A stretch of 64,000 bases of DNA from Terriglobia bacterium (GTDB taxonomy: Bacteria > Acidobacteriota > Terriglobia > 2-12-FULL-54-10), in NCBI GenBank assembly GCA_963666975.2, contig CAXVYR010000004.1:1344001-1408000 (forward strand). The letters are read 5' to 3'. Below the pieces are notes generated by a model that did no database searches, was not told the origin of the DNA, and worked only from the letters and a program-made list of their open reading frames with translations. A program made the translations under genes and the position numbers. Shown in pieces: positions 55,248 through 64,000 of this stretch; position 1 is the first letter of the stretch, and the number at the start of each line of letters is the position of its first letter.

Positions 55248-56543
55248 ATGTTTTCATCTAAAAAAGCAAGCCGGCGGGAGCTTACGGGTTGGTGCATGTT
55301 TGATTTCGCCAACTCCGCGTTTGCCACCGTCATCGTCACGGTTGTCTACAGCGTCTACTTTGTGAATGTTGTGGCTGCGGGGAGGCCCGACGCGCCGTTC
55401 CTGTGGTCGATCGGCACTTTTATTTCCTACGGTTTTGTCTTCCTCGTCTCTCCGCTGCTCGGATCGATAGCGGACTACTCGGCAGGCAAGAAGCAGGTTC
55501 TATTTGCCTCCTACCTGGCCTGCGTGATCTTCACGGCGTTGCTGTTTTTTGTGGGACAGGGCGACATCCTGGCCGGGCTGGCCTTATTTATCCTGGCGAA
55601 TATCGCCTTTGCCATCGGCGAAAACTTCATCGCCAGTTTTCTGCCGGAGATCGCCGAGCCGGAGGAGATGGGGCGCATCTCCGGTTATGGCTGGGCCATC
55701 GGGTATTTCGGAGGGTTGTTCAGCCTGGTGCTTTGCTACCCGTTCATCAGCACGGGCCTCGACGCGGCGCACGCGGAGCGCATCCGGTGGGTTTACCCCA
55801 TCATTGCGGGCTTCTTTGCGCTGGCCGGAATTCCCACGTTCCTTTGGCTGCGCTCCTGCCAGAAGGCGCAATCGCTTTCGCCCGGCGACACCTACATCGG
55901 AATCGGGTTCCGGCGCATCCTCTCCACCTTGCGCCTGCTCAAACGGCACTCCGAGCTGGCCAAGTTCATGGTCGTTTTCCTGATCTTCAACTGCGGCACG
56001 GCTGCCGGCGTCGTATTCGCTGCGATTTACGCGCAACAAGAAGGAGGTCTCAGCTCCGCGCAACTGATGGGTTTCTTCATTGAGGCCCAACTCTCGGCGG
56101 CTGTGGGCGCTTTTTTGTTCGGCCACTTTCAGGACCGCTGGGGCACCCGCTGGACCCTGCAAGCGATCCTGCTGCTCTGGGTGTTGACGATTCTGGGGCT
56201 GTATTGGCTCCCGGGTTCGGGATGGTTTATTCTGCTCGGCAACCTGGTGGGGCTGGGGATGGGATCGATCCAGGCCGCCAGCCGCGCTCTGGTGGGGATG
56301 CTGTCTCCTTTGGAAAAGAGCGCCGAATTTTTCGGCTTTTGGGGACTTTTCTGGAAACTCTCCAACGCCCTCGGGCCGCTCAGTTTCGGCTGGATCGCTT
56401 ACCGTTCCGAGTCCCTCCGGTCGGCGCTTCTGGGAGTTCTCGTCTTTTTTGTCGCCGGGTTCCTGGGAATGTTCCTGGTGGACGAAAAACGAGGCCGCGA
56501 ACAGGCGCTGCTGGATCAGCCGGAAGACTCGCGCCTCGGTTGA
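55248..56543 (+). CDS. MFS transporter (UMF1/ATG22-like)
   Basis: WCMFDFANSAF, GRISGYGWAIGYFGG, SAEFFGFW. Confidence 0.88.
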   Translation: MFSSKKASRRELTGWCMFDFANSAFATVIVTVVYSVYFVNVVAAGRPDAPFLWSIGTFISYGFVFLVSPLLGSIADYSAGKKQVLFASYLACVIFTALLFFVGQGDILAGLALFILANIAFAIGENFIASFLPEIAEPEEMGRISGYGWAIGYFGGLFSLVLCYPFISTGLDAAHAERIRWVYPIIAGFFALAGIPTFLWLRSCQKAQSLSPGDTYIGIGFRRILSTLRLLKRHSELAKFMVVFLIFNCGTAAGVVFAAIYAQQEGGLSSAQLMGFFIEAQLSAAVGAFLFGHFQDRWGTRWTLQAILLLWVLTILGLYWLPGSGWFILLGNLVGLGMGSIQAASRALVGMLSPLEKSAEFFGFWGLFWKLSNALGPLSFGWIAYRSESLRSALLGVLVFFVAGFLGMFLVDEKRGREQALLDQPEDSRLG

Positions 56544-56641
56544 TTTACCTGCCTCGCTACTCGGTCACCCCATCCCGGCCCAATCAACCAGCCACTTGCT
56601 CCTAGGTCAAAAGTCCCATCGAGAAAGTTACCTTTGCGCTA

Positions 56642-56670
56642 TTGGCGCGAAAGCGCGCATGCCTTATTGT
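56642..56670 (+). promoter_or_regulatory. Putative sigma70 promoter
   Basis: TTGGCG-17 nt-TATTGT. Confidence 0.45.
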
Positions 56671-56676
56671 GTGAAG

Positions 56677-56771
56677 TGTTCACGGGGTAAGACGGAACTG
56701 AGGAACGCCGGGGGGACGAACTTCAGTTTAGGCTTACCGGGGCTGGCGGCGGCGCCAGCCCTTTTTATTTT
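56677..56771 (+). ncRNA. Candidate small RNA of about 95 nt
   Basis: Long hairpin (GGTAAG/CTTACC; AACTGAGG/CTTCAGTT) followed by a terminator; no ORF. Confidence 0.45.
56740..56771 (+). terminator. Intrinsic terminator
   Basis: GGGCTGGCG-GCGG-CGCCAGCCC followed by TTTTTATTTT. Confidence 0.85.
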
Positions 56772-56971
56772 CACAGGTCGAAGAAATCATTGAGATGGTA
56801 GACCGGGCCACGACAAGGCCGGGACCGCGTGGACTGTACAAAAAGAAGAGTTTAGCTTGACGTGCCAATCCTGGAACTGTAATCGAACAGCAAATTGCGC
56901 TAAAATGATTGACAGGGGAAGCTTGGTAGCATATCGTTGCCGAACCAAAGCATTGCGGAGAGAGGTCAATT

Positions 56972-57181
56972 ATGGCAGATCGTAAACAATTTCTTGGCGT
57001 TGAAGCTCCAAATCCAAAACTGTTGGATATTTTGGCAGCTGCCAAGAACAAACCGGTCACAGAAGATGAATTGCGCGAGCAAAGAATCAGTTTCGCTTTT
57101 GGCAATGCCCCCGCAAACGCCAAGTTGATTACCAAAGATAGCGTGCGGTACGCATCAAAAAATATTCGTCTGCTTAAGTAA
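56972..57181 (+). CDS. 69-aa protein, putative Fic partner or antitoxin
   Basis: VTEDELREQRISFAFGN; GAGG RBS; promoter TTGACA-17-TATCGT at 56909-56937. Confidence 0.7.
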   Translation: MADRKQFLGVEAPNPKLLDILAAAKNKPVTEDELREQRISFAFGNAPANAKLITKDSVRYASKNIRLLK

Positions 57182-57216
57182 TTCTAGCCTGCTGAAGTTT
57201 CGGCCTTCCACATTCC

Positions 57217-57810
57217 ATGTCTGTAAGAGAAAAAGATGATTCAGTCTTCTTTGCAAGGATTCAAGAGCAAAATCTTTTGCGCCAATACGACCTGCTGTCG
57301 AATTGCGTAGAAATTGGATTGAAGAAGGGGATTGAAGCTTTCGATAAGTACACATTGTGGTCCTTGAACTATGCAGCCGTATCTAACATCGCACAGTTTG
57401 GTGGACGCTACCGCGAAGAACCCATCTACATAGGAGATCATTACCCTCCGCACTTCAAAGAAGTTCCCAACGAAATGGATCGTTTCTTTTCAATGATCCA
57501 TGAGAACTGGGAGATTCACGACCATCCAACTCTTCTTCCGGCTTATGCGCTATGGAGGCTAAATTGGATTCATCCGTTTATTGAAGGCAACGGAAGGACA
57601 GCTAGGGCTGCGTGCTATTTGCTAATTTGCTTGAAACAAGGCAAGCTGCTGGGCGGAGAGAAAATCGTACCAGAACGCATCCGAGATAATAGAGATCCAT
57701 ACATTGCAGCCCTTAAATCGGCAGATAGGGCTTGGAACGAGGGTCACTTTAATGTCAACGAAATGGCGCAATATTTAGGAGACCTGCTCATCGGACAGCT
57801 ATCAGAGTAG
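57217..57810 (+). CDS. Fic-family protein
   Basis: Canonical HPFIEGNGRTAR motif. Confidence 0.92.
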   Translation: MSVREKDDSVFFARIQEQNLLRQYDLLSNCVEIGLKKGIEAFDKYTLWSLNYAAVSNIAQFGGRYREEPIYIGDHYPPHFKEVPNEMDRFFSMIHENWEIHDHPTLLPAYALWRLNWIHPFIEGNGRTARAACYLLICLKQGKLLGGEKIVPERIRDNRDPYIAALKSADRAWNEGHFNVNEMAQYLGDLLIGQLSE

Positions 57811-57872
57811 AACCAACCCTTAAAATCCCCCCGCCGATTTCAAACTGAGACACTACCTGGATATAGCTCATC

Positions 57873-57901
57873 TTGACTGCCTCAGGGGCCTATGCTAATT
57901 T
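57873..57901 (+). promoter_or_regulatory. Sigma70 promoter of the gcv operon
   Basis: TTGACT-17 nt-(TG)TAATTT. Confidence 0.6.
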
Positions 57902-57934
57902 AGCTTTCCGATTTTCCCCGCCGGAGGTTCCTGG

Positions 57935-59053
57935 TTGGCGAATACCCCTGCGCAGAGCGCGGCGTCCCGCAAGACTGCCCTGAATTCGATGCATCGAAAG
58001 ATGGGCGCTCGCATGGTCGAGTTCGGGGGGTGGGACATGCCGCTCGAATATAGCGGGATCGTGCCGGAACACATGGCCGTGCGGACTCGCGCGGGCCTGT
58101 TCGACGTGAGCCACATGGGAGAAATCGAGGTGGAAGGAAAAGGGGCGCTCCCCCTGCTGCAGAAAATAACCTGCAATGACGCCTCCCGGTTGCAGGACAA
58201 TCAGGCGCAATATTCCGGGTTGATGAATTCGCAGGGCGGATTCGTGGACGATCTGCTGGTGCACAAGATCGCCGACCATCGCTATCTGCTCTGCGTCAAC
58301 GCCTCCCGCCGCGAAGCGGATTTCGGCTGGATCACAAAGCAAAACGATGCGGGAGCCCGCGTGCGAAATGTGAGCGATGACTACACCCAGTTGGCTGTCC
58401 AGGGTCCCCGCAGCAAGGATGTTCTGGAACGGCTGACGGCGGTGGACCTCGGCGCGCTGAAGTATTACTGGTTTACGCACGGCAAGGTTTGCGGAATCGA
58501 AAGCCTGGTGGCCCGCACCGGCTACACCGGCGAAGATGGTTTTGAAGTCTATCTGCCGCCGTCTGAGTCGGAGCGGGTTTGGAGCGAGATTTTGGAGGCC
58601 GGAAAAGAAGAAGGGATTCTCCCCTGCGGACTGGGCGCGCGGAACACGCTACGGCTGGAAGCAGGAATGCATCTGTACGGGCACGATATCGATGAGGAAA
58701 CGACGCCGCTCGAGGCGAATTTGAAGTGGATCTCAAAGCTGGAGAAGGGTCCCTTTCTGGGCAGCGAGGTTTTGGCGCGGCAGGCCCAGGAAGGCGTGAA
58801 AAGACGCTTGGTGGGCTTCCAGATGACCGACCGTGGCATCGCGCGCGATGAGGCTCCGGTGTGGGTAGAGGACCGGCAAGTGGGGAAGGTCACGAGCGGT
58901 TCCTACACTCCTTACCTGAAGCGAAGCATCGGATTGGCTTACCTGCCGAGCGAGTTCGCCAGCCCGGGGCAGCGGATACTGATTGAGATTCGCGGGAACC
59001 GGCCTGCCGCCGAGGTGGTGTCCACGCCGTTTTACCGCAAGCCGAAGAACTAA
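57935..59053 (+). CDS. gcvT: Glycine cleavage aminomethyltransferase T
   Basis: FGGWDMP, GLFDVSHMG, RTGYTGEDGFE, GLGARNTLRLEAG. Confidence 0.97.
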   Translation: MANTPAQSAASRKTALNSMHRKMGARMVEFGGWDMPLEYSGIVPEHMAVRTRAGLFDVSHMGEIEVEGKGALPLLQKITCNDASRLQDNQAQYSGLMNSQGGFVDDLLVHKIADHRYLLCVNASRREADFGWITKQNDAGARVRNVSDDYTQLAVQGPRSKDVLERLTAVDLGALKYYWFTHGKVCGIESLVARTGYTGEDGFEVYLPPSESERVWSEILEAGKEEGILPCGLGARNTLRLEAGMHLYGHDIDEETTPLEANLKWISKLEKGPFLGSEVLARQAQEGVKRRLVGFQMTDRGIARDEAPVWVEDRQVGKVTSGSYTPYLKRSIGLAYLPSEFASPGQRILIEIRGNRPAAEVVSTPFYRKPKN

Positions 59054-59076
59054 AACCACCCTGGGGAGGGGCGCGA

Positions 59077-59466
59077 ATGTATCCTGCACAATTTCGTTAT
59101 TCCGAGGAACACGAATGGGTCCAGGCAGAGGATAACTCGGCCACGGTCGGCATCACCGATCATGCGCAGAAAGAACTCGGCGACGTCGTTTTTGTGGAGC
59201 TGCCCAAAGTGGGCGACAAGGTGGAGGCCGGCCAGGCCTGCGGCACGGTGGAATCGGTCAAGGCGGTTTCGGAAATCTATTCGCCTGTCTCCGGTGAAGT
59301 GAAGGAAGTCAACACCGCTTTGGCTGAAACTCCCGAGTGGATCAATCAGGACCCGCACGGCAAGGCTTGGATGATGAAGGTCTCCCTCAGCGCCCCCGCC
59401 CCGCTGGACCGGTTGATGACCGCCGAGCAATACGAAGAATATCTCCGGAAAGAGTCGGCAGAGTAA
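59077..59466 (+). CDS. gcvH: Glycine cleavage H protein
   Basis: HEWV, GITDHAQ.ELGDVV, ESVKAVSEI lipoyl-Lys. Confidence 0.97.
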   Translation: MYPAQFRYSEEHEWVQAEDNSATVGITDHAQKELGDVVFVELPKVGDKVEAGQACGTVESVKAVSEIYSPVSGEVKEVNTALAETPEWINQDPHGKAWMMKVSLSAPAPLDRLMTAEQYEEYLRKESAE

Positions 59467-59516
59467 AGCCGCTCGAGCGGAGAAAAACAACACAGTGCGG
59501 AGAGAACTCCACCCCG

Positions 59517-60842
59517 ATGCGTTATCTTCCCAAGTCGCCCGAGGAGCGGCGGCAGATGCTCGCCGAGATCGGCTGCAACGCCGTCGAACAACTGTTCGCC
59601 GGCATCCCTTCCGAGGTGCGCCTCGGGCGCGGGCTGAAACTGGAACCGGGACAGTCCGAGCCGGAAATTATTCGATGCTTTGAGCAGTGGGCTGCGGAGA
59701 ATGCCCGCGGCTTCACCAGCTTCCTGGGGGCCGGAGTCTACGATCACTTCCAGCCCGTCATAGTGGATGCGCTCGTCTCCCGCAGTGAATTTTCCACCGC
59801 CTACACCCCCTACCAACCGGAGATCAGCCAGGGAACGTTGCAGGCGATCTTCGAGTATCAAAGCCTCATTTGCCAGTTGACCGGGATGGATGTGGCCAAC
59901 GCATCCCTCTACGACGGGTCCACCGCCCTGCCAGAAGCGGTGATGATGACGCTGCGGGCAAGCCGCCGAAAGCGGGTTTTGGTGGGGCGTTCGGTGCACC
60001 CGGAGTACAGGCAGGTGCTGAGCACATACTTGCAGCATCAAGGCCTGGGAATTGAGGAAGTTCCTTTTGCCGAGAGCGGAGAGTTGGACCGAGCCGCGCT
60101 GCCCGACCGCCTCGGAACCGACGTGGCTGCTGTAGTGGTGCAGTCTCCGAACTTTTTTGGAACGGTGGAGGATACCGCCTGGGCGGCGGCTCAAGCGCAG
60201 GCGGCGGGAGCGGCCTTGATTGTGATGATCGCCGAGCCGGTCTCGCTCGGCATCCTGCGTCCCCCGGCAGAGGCCGACATCGTCGCAGGAGAAGCGCAGT
60301 CTTTCGGAGTTCCCCTCAGCTACGGCGGTCCCTACGTCGGCTTTCTGGCCGCCCGGGAAAAATATCTCCGCAACATGCCGGGGCGGCTCGTCGGCCAAAC
60401 CACCGACGTGAGGGGAGAAAGAGGCTTCTGCCTGACCTTGGCGACGCGGGAGCAGCATATCCGCCGCGAGAAAGCGACCTCCAACATCTGCACGAATCAG
60501 GCTCTTTGCGCTCTGATGGCATCGATTTTCCTCTCTTCATACGGCAAGCAGGGGTTGCGCCAACTGGCTTTGCAGAACCTCTCCAAGGCGCACTATGCCG
60601 GAGAACGGTTCCAGGCGGCGGGCGCTTCTCTGCGTTTCCGCGGCCCCTATTTCAATGAACTGGTGGTAAGCGGCATCGGGAAGCGGCAGGGGGTAACAGA
60701 GCGGCTTCTGGAGGAGAAAATCATCGGGGGCCTCGATCTGGGGCGTTTCTACCCGGAGCTGGCAGGGGATGTGCTTTTTTGTTTTACGGAGAAGGCGAGC
60801 CGCGAAGCGATCGACAAACTGGTGGGCGTCAGCACGAAATAA
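59517..60842 (+). CDS. gcvPA: Glycine dehydrogenase subunit 1
   Basis: MRYLP, YTPYQPEISQG, REQHIRREKATSNICTNQ. Confidence 0.96.
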   Translation: MRYLPKSPEERRQMLAEIGCNAVEQLFAGIPSEVRLGRGLKLEPGQSEPEIIRCFEQWAAENARGFTSFLGAGVYDHFQPVIVDALVSRSEFSTAYTPYQPEISQGTLQAIFEYQSLICQLTGMDVANASLYDGSTALPEAVMMTLRASRRKRVLVGRSVHPEYRQVLSTYLQHQGLGIEEVPFAESGELDRAALPDRLGTDVAAVVVQSPNFFGTVEDTAWAAAQAQAAGAALIVMIAEPVSLGILRPPAEADIVAGEAQSFGVPLSYGGPYVGFLAAREKYLRNMPGRLVGQTTDVRGERGFCLTLATREQHIRREKATSNICTNQALCALMASIFLSSYGKQGLRQLALQNLSKAHYAGERFQAAGASLRFRGPYFNELVVSGIGKRQGVTERLLEEKIIGGLDLGRFYPELAGDVLFCFTEKASREAIDKLVGVSTK

Positions 60843-60908
60843 GCGCACGAAATAAGATGGAGACGGTCCGGCACGGAAGGCGGCTGCGGACGGAAAACGG
60901 AACCAATC

Positions 60909-62411
60909 ATGGCGGATAAAGATATAAAGAAAGCCAGAAGGCACCTCACGCAGAGGGAAGCTCTGATTTTTGAGCGCAGCTCGCCGGGCAAACCGTCCTT
61001 CGCGCTCCCTCCGCTTGATGTCCCGCCGGTTGATCCTGCCGCGGCCTTGGGCGCGCAACGGATTCGGGAGCAGATTGAAGGCTTTCCCGAGGTCAGCGAG
61101 ATCGAGGTAGTCCGCCATTTTACCCGGCTCTCCACGTGGAACTACGGCGTGGACACGGGAGCCTACCTGCTCGGTTCCTGCACCATGAAGTACAACCCGA
61201 AGGTCAACGAGGTGGTGGCCCGGCTGGACGGCATCGGCAACGCCCACCCCTACCAGCCCGAGGCGCTATCCCAGAGTTGCTTGAAGATTCAGAAGCTCCT
61301 TTCGGAAATGCTGCTGGAGATCGTCGGCATGGATGCAATTACCCTGCAACCAGCGGCCGGAGCGCACGGCGAGATGACGGGCCTGCTGCTGGTGCGCGCC
61401 TACCATGAGTCGAAGGGAAATCCCCGCCGGAAGGTTTTGATTCCGGATTCGGCGCACGGCACCAACCCGGCCTCGGCGGCGATTGCCGGCTATCAGGCGC
61501 AGAGCCTCGCGTCCAATCGGCAAGGCACGGTGGATCTCGAACAACTCGACCGCCTGATGAACGAAGAGGTGGCCGCGCTGATGCTGACCAATCCTAATAC
61601 GCTGGGCATCTTTGAAAATGAAATTGTCCAGATTGCCGAGATCGTCCACTCGCGCGGCGGGCTGATCTATATGGACGGGGCCAACATGAACGCCTTGATG
61701 GGAATCAGCCGCCCCGGCGATTTCGGCGTCGATGTGCTGCACCTCAACCTGCACAAAACCTTTTCCACCCCCCACGGAGGCGGCGGGCCCGGAGCAGGTC
61801 CGGTGGCGGTGAAGAAAATTTTGGAGCCCTTTCTGCCGGTCCCGGTGGTGGTGGAGAAGAAAGACGGCTCGCTGGCCTACAACTTCGACCGTCCGCGCTC
61901 CATTGGCCGTGTCCGCGCCTTTTACGGCAACTTCGGGATGCTGGTCCGGGCACTGGCTTACATTCTGGCCAACGGGGCTGAAGGGCTGCGGTTAACCACC
62001 GAGGACGCCGTGCTGAACTCTGTCTACCTGCGAAAAAAGCTGGAGGGAACTTATGAGCTGCCCTACTCCAGCCCTACTTTGCATGAATGCGTCTTTAGCG
62101 ATAAGAAGCAGGCGCAACGGGGAGTGCACACGGGCGACATCGCCAAGCGACTGATCGACTACGGCTTCCATCCCTACACGGTCAGCTTCCCGCTGGTGGT
62201 CTCCGGGGCGATGATGATTGAGCCTACTGAGAGCGAGAGCAAGCAGGAACTGGACGAGTTGGTGGATGCGCTCCAGGCCATCGCACGGGAAGCCGAGCAG
62301 GAACCGGAAACCGTCCTCGGCGCGCCTCATACCACGCACCTCGGCCGCCTCGATGAAGTCCAGGCGGCACGGAAGCCCGTGCTGCGCTGGAAACCGCCGG
62401 TGAAGGAATAG
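60909..62411 (+). CDS. gcvPB: Glycine dehydrogenase subunit 2
   Basis: LGSCTMKYNP, SAHGTNPASA, HLNLHKTFSTPHGGGGPG. Confidence 0.97.
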   Translation: MADKDIKKARRHLTQREALIFERSSPGKPSFALPPLDVPPVDPAAALGAQRIREQIEGFPEVSEIEVVRHFTRLSTWNYGVDTGAYLLGSCTMKYNPKVNEVVARLDGIGNAHPYQPEALSQSCLKIQKLLSEMLLEIVGMDAITLQPAAGAHGEMTGLLLVRAYHESKGNPRRKVLIPDSAHGTNPASAAIAGYQAQSLASNRQGTVDLEQLDRLMNEEVAALMLTNPNTLGIFENEIVQIAEIVHSRGGLIYMDGANMNALMGISRPGDFGVDVLHLNLHKTFSTPHGGGGPGAGPVAVKKILEPFLPVPVVVEKKDGSLAYNFDRPRSIGRVRAFYGNFGMLVRALAYILANGAEGLRLTTEDAVLNSVYLRKKLEGTYELPYSSPTLHECVFSDKKQAQRGVHTGDIAKRLIDYGFHPYTVSFPLVVSGAMMIEPTESESKQELDELVDALQAIAREAEQEPETVLGAPHTTHLGRLDEVQAARKPVLRWKPPVKE

Positions 62412-62427
62412 CTCCGGATTTCTCACC

Positions 62428-62478
62428 AGCCCCGGCAGGGGCGGAAGAAATTAGCCCCGGACGTGAGCCCAGGGTACA
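62428..62478. repeat. Partial family-D REP
   Basis: AGCCCCGGCAGGGGCGGAAGAAATTAGCCCCGGACGTGAGCCCAGGG resembles 17991-18036. Confidence 0.6.
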
Positions 62479-62617
62479 GAGGCCAATGATGTTAGCCTAA
62501 GTTTGTCACGGCAGGGCGTTTTCTTGGCATTTTTCCCCGGCTGCGAAGCGGAAGCGGGAAACCCCAGGCGGTTTTCAGCCATGCAAGCGTTTTGCCAACT
62601 GGGACCTGCGAAATCCG

Positions 62618-64000
62618 TCAGCGAAAGTAACTTGAAATCCTGCGCAGCAAGAAATATTCATTGATGGGCCGATCATCCTGCATAGCCGGTACGTGGGGAG
62701 CCACGGCAGCCACGCTCTGTAGCGGCTGCTCCTTTTGCAGGACCTCCCTGAACATTGCTTCCGCGTTTTGATGGGGTCCCCATTCGACAAGGTCCGCGAC
62801 AGCCGTTGGGGGCAAGCGGTTTGCCAGCTCGCGTGCATCCCTCGAAGGAAGCGGCTCATCGCTTGCCAGAAAGTGCAATCCTATGCCATGAAGGGATTGA
62901 ATAACCCGAATGTGCGAGAAGGACTCCATCAGAGCCTTGGCAACCGCGGATTGGGTGCTCGGGTCCCATCCATCATCGCGAACGGCAAGCCAAACCTGAA
63001 GAATCCCTCCGGAGCGCAAACGCCTCTTCACAACCTCGTAAAATTCGCGAAAAAAAAGCAGGCTGGTGGTCGCAGTACTGATCGGCGGGGGAGGGTCCAG
63101 CGTGATCACATCGTAGGTTTCCGATGACCTTTCGAGGAAGCGGCGGCCATCGTCGATCCGGATGTTCGCCAAAGGCGATTTCATTAGCTCAGGTCCATCC
63201 GGATGGTAGTAGCCGAAGAGTTTCGGCACGCTGGGAACGAGTTCCACGGCAGTGCTTTGTATCCCCCACGAGAGGATCGAACGAAAGGTTGTGCCCATCC
63301 CGAAACAGATCACCAGACCACTCTGGGGTTGTCGGTCCAGGAAAGCCAGCGGCAGATGGGCCATGTACTTGGTTGCCGGGGTCAGGATCGTCATACCGGC
63401 TCCGTTGACCAGAAGGATTTTTTCGCTTCCGATCTGGGTCGCAATGACGGTGGCCATGTAGTCGCGGAGTTCTACACGGTCTGGAAAATATGTCTCGTAA
63501 CCCTTCGCGGTTGCCATCAAACCGATCGATAGCAGGATCACCACAAAATAAAGCGCCCTCCCCCCCCAAACGACTCGACCCACTGCGACATCCGGTGTTT
63601 TGCGAGCCACAGTCAGCAAACCGATCCCGAACAGGGGGATGGAGAGCGCCACCAAACCCCAATGATCGCCAAGCCACGGCAAAATCAAGAACCCGCCTAA
63701 CAGCGGGCCGATGATCGCGCCGATGATATTTACGGCATAGGCGCGCCCCGCTCGATTGGGGTCGCCCAGTGAGAAGTGGTCGACTAGAAGCGGCGTGAGA
63801 AACCCGAGTGCCCCGCTGATCGGCACGATTCCTGCCGCAGTTCGAAAAAGCGTCCAGGCCAAGCCTCTCGGAACGGGCAGAGAGGGATCGGCAAAGGCCA
63901 AGGGCAGCAGTGCCAGAAGGCCGAGAAAAAGCCATGCCCCTGCACTTTGCCGCGGATCATGGGAGCGAACCCAAAAACGGTAGAGGGATGAGCCGACACA
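62618..64000 (-). CDS. Membrane-fused spermidine synthase-like SAM-dependent transferase (5' end outside the window)
   Basis: Transmembrane region with YAVNIIGAIIG; VICFGMGTT, VELVP, DDGRRFL, YDVITLDPPPP; frame is open to the window edge. Confidence 0.85.
   Translation of the reverse strand, partial: CVGSSLYRFWVRSHDPRQSAGAWLFLGLLALLPLAFADPSLPVPRGLAWTLFRTAAGIVPISGALGFLTPLLVDHFSLGDPNRAGRAYAVNIIGAIIGPLLGGFLILPWLGDHWGLVALSIPLFGIGLLTVARKTPDVAVGRVVWGGRALYFVVILLSIGLMATAKGYETYFPDRVELRDYMATVIATQIGSEKILLVNGAGMTILTPATKYMAHLPLAFLDRQPQSGLVICFGMGTTFRSILSWGIQSTAVELVPSVPKLFGYYHPDGPELMKSPLANIRIDDGRRFLERSSETYDVITLDPPPPISTATTSLLFFREFYEVVKRRLRSGGILQVWLAVRDDGWDPSTQSAVAKALMESFSHIRVIQSLHGIGLHFLASDEPLPSRDARELANRLPPTAVADLVEWGPHQNAEAMFREVLQKEQPLQSVAAVAPHVPAMQDDRPINEYFLLRRISSYFR

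Larger units (their letters stand above)
56777..57857 (+). mobile_element. Relic of an IS1-family-like element carrying a Fic module
   Basis: Transposase-like tail VEEIIEMVDRATTRPGPRGLYKKKSLA* at 56777-56860; right end TTTCAAACTGAGACACTACC (reverse complement GGTAGTG...) at 57838-57857; low-GC cargo. Confidence 0.55.

Noticed and set aside
56697-56730. Hammerhead ribozyme suggested by CTGAGGA...CGAA
   Set aside because: No stem II pairing, GAAC instead of GAAA, and the CTGAGG segment pairs better within the long hairpin.
57858-57934. Glycine riboswitch upstream of gcvT
   Set aside because: A promoter lies about 35 nt before the start, leaving no room, and the aptamer motifs are absent.

Overview
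GC-rich bacterial chromosome segment spanning the replication origin. Gene style and REP types suggest Acidobacteriota, which is inference only. Core genes: recO-glyQ-glyS-ppdK; the minus-strand ori cluster rpmH-rnpA-yidD-yidC-jag-mnmE ... mnmG-rsmG-parS-parA-parB; dnaA-oriC-dnaN-gyrB-(inverted pyrF)-gyrA-larE; purS-glmS, pyrE, gltX-rlmB, hbd-crt-ribH-nusB and gcvT-H-PA-PB. About nine small toxin-antitoxin modules or relics are interspersed (HicAB, RelBE, AbrB, YgiT-type, DarTG, Fic), along with at least four palindromic repeat families. Main non-obvious observations: (1) At parB, selD, gyrB and glmS a 0.4-0.7 kb integrase-free cassette sits between two copies of the gene terminus, and the copies mostly differ at synonymous or conservative sites. 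(2) Two UGA/SECIS selenoproteins are truncated in the ORF track: SelD and a PCYCGC-motif protein with UxxC. (3) Two repeat families are inserted in frame inside mnmG. (4) Several TA modules have lost the toxin but kept the antitoxin. (5) There is an IS1-like relic carrying a Fic module, and a candidate sRNA beside it. All alignments and counts were done by eye; no database searches were run.
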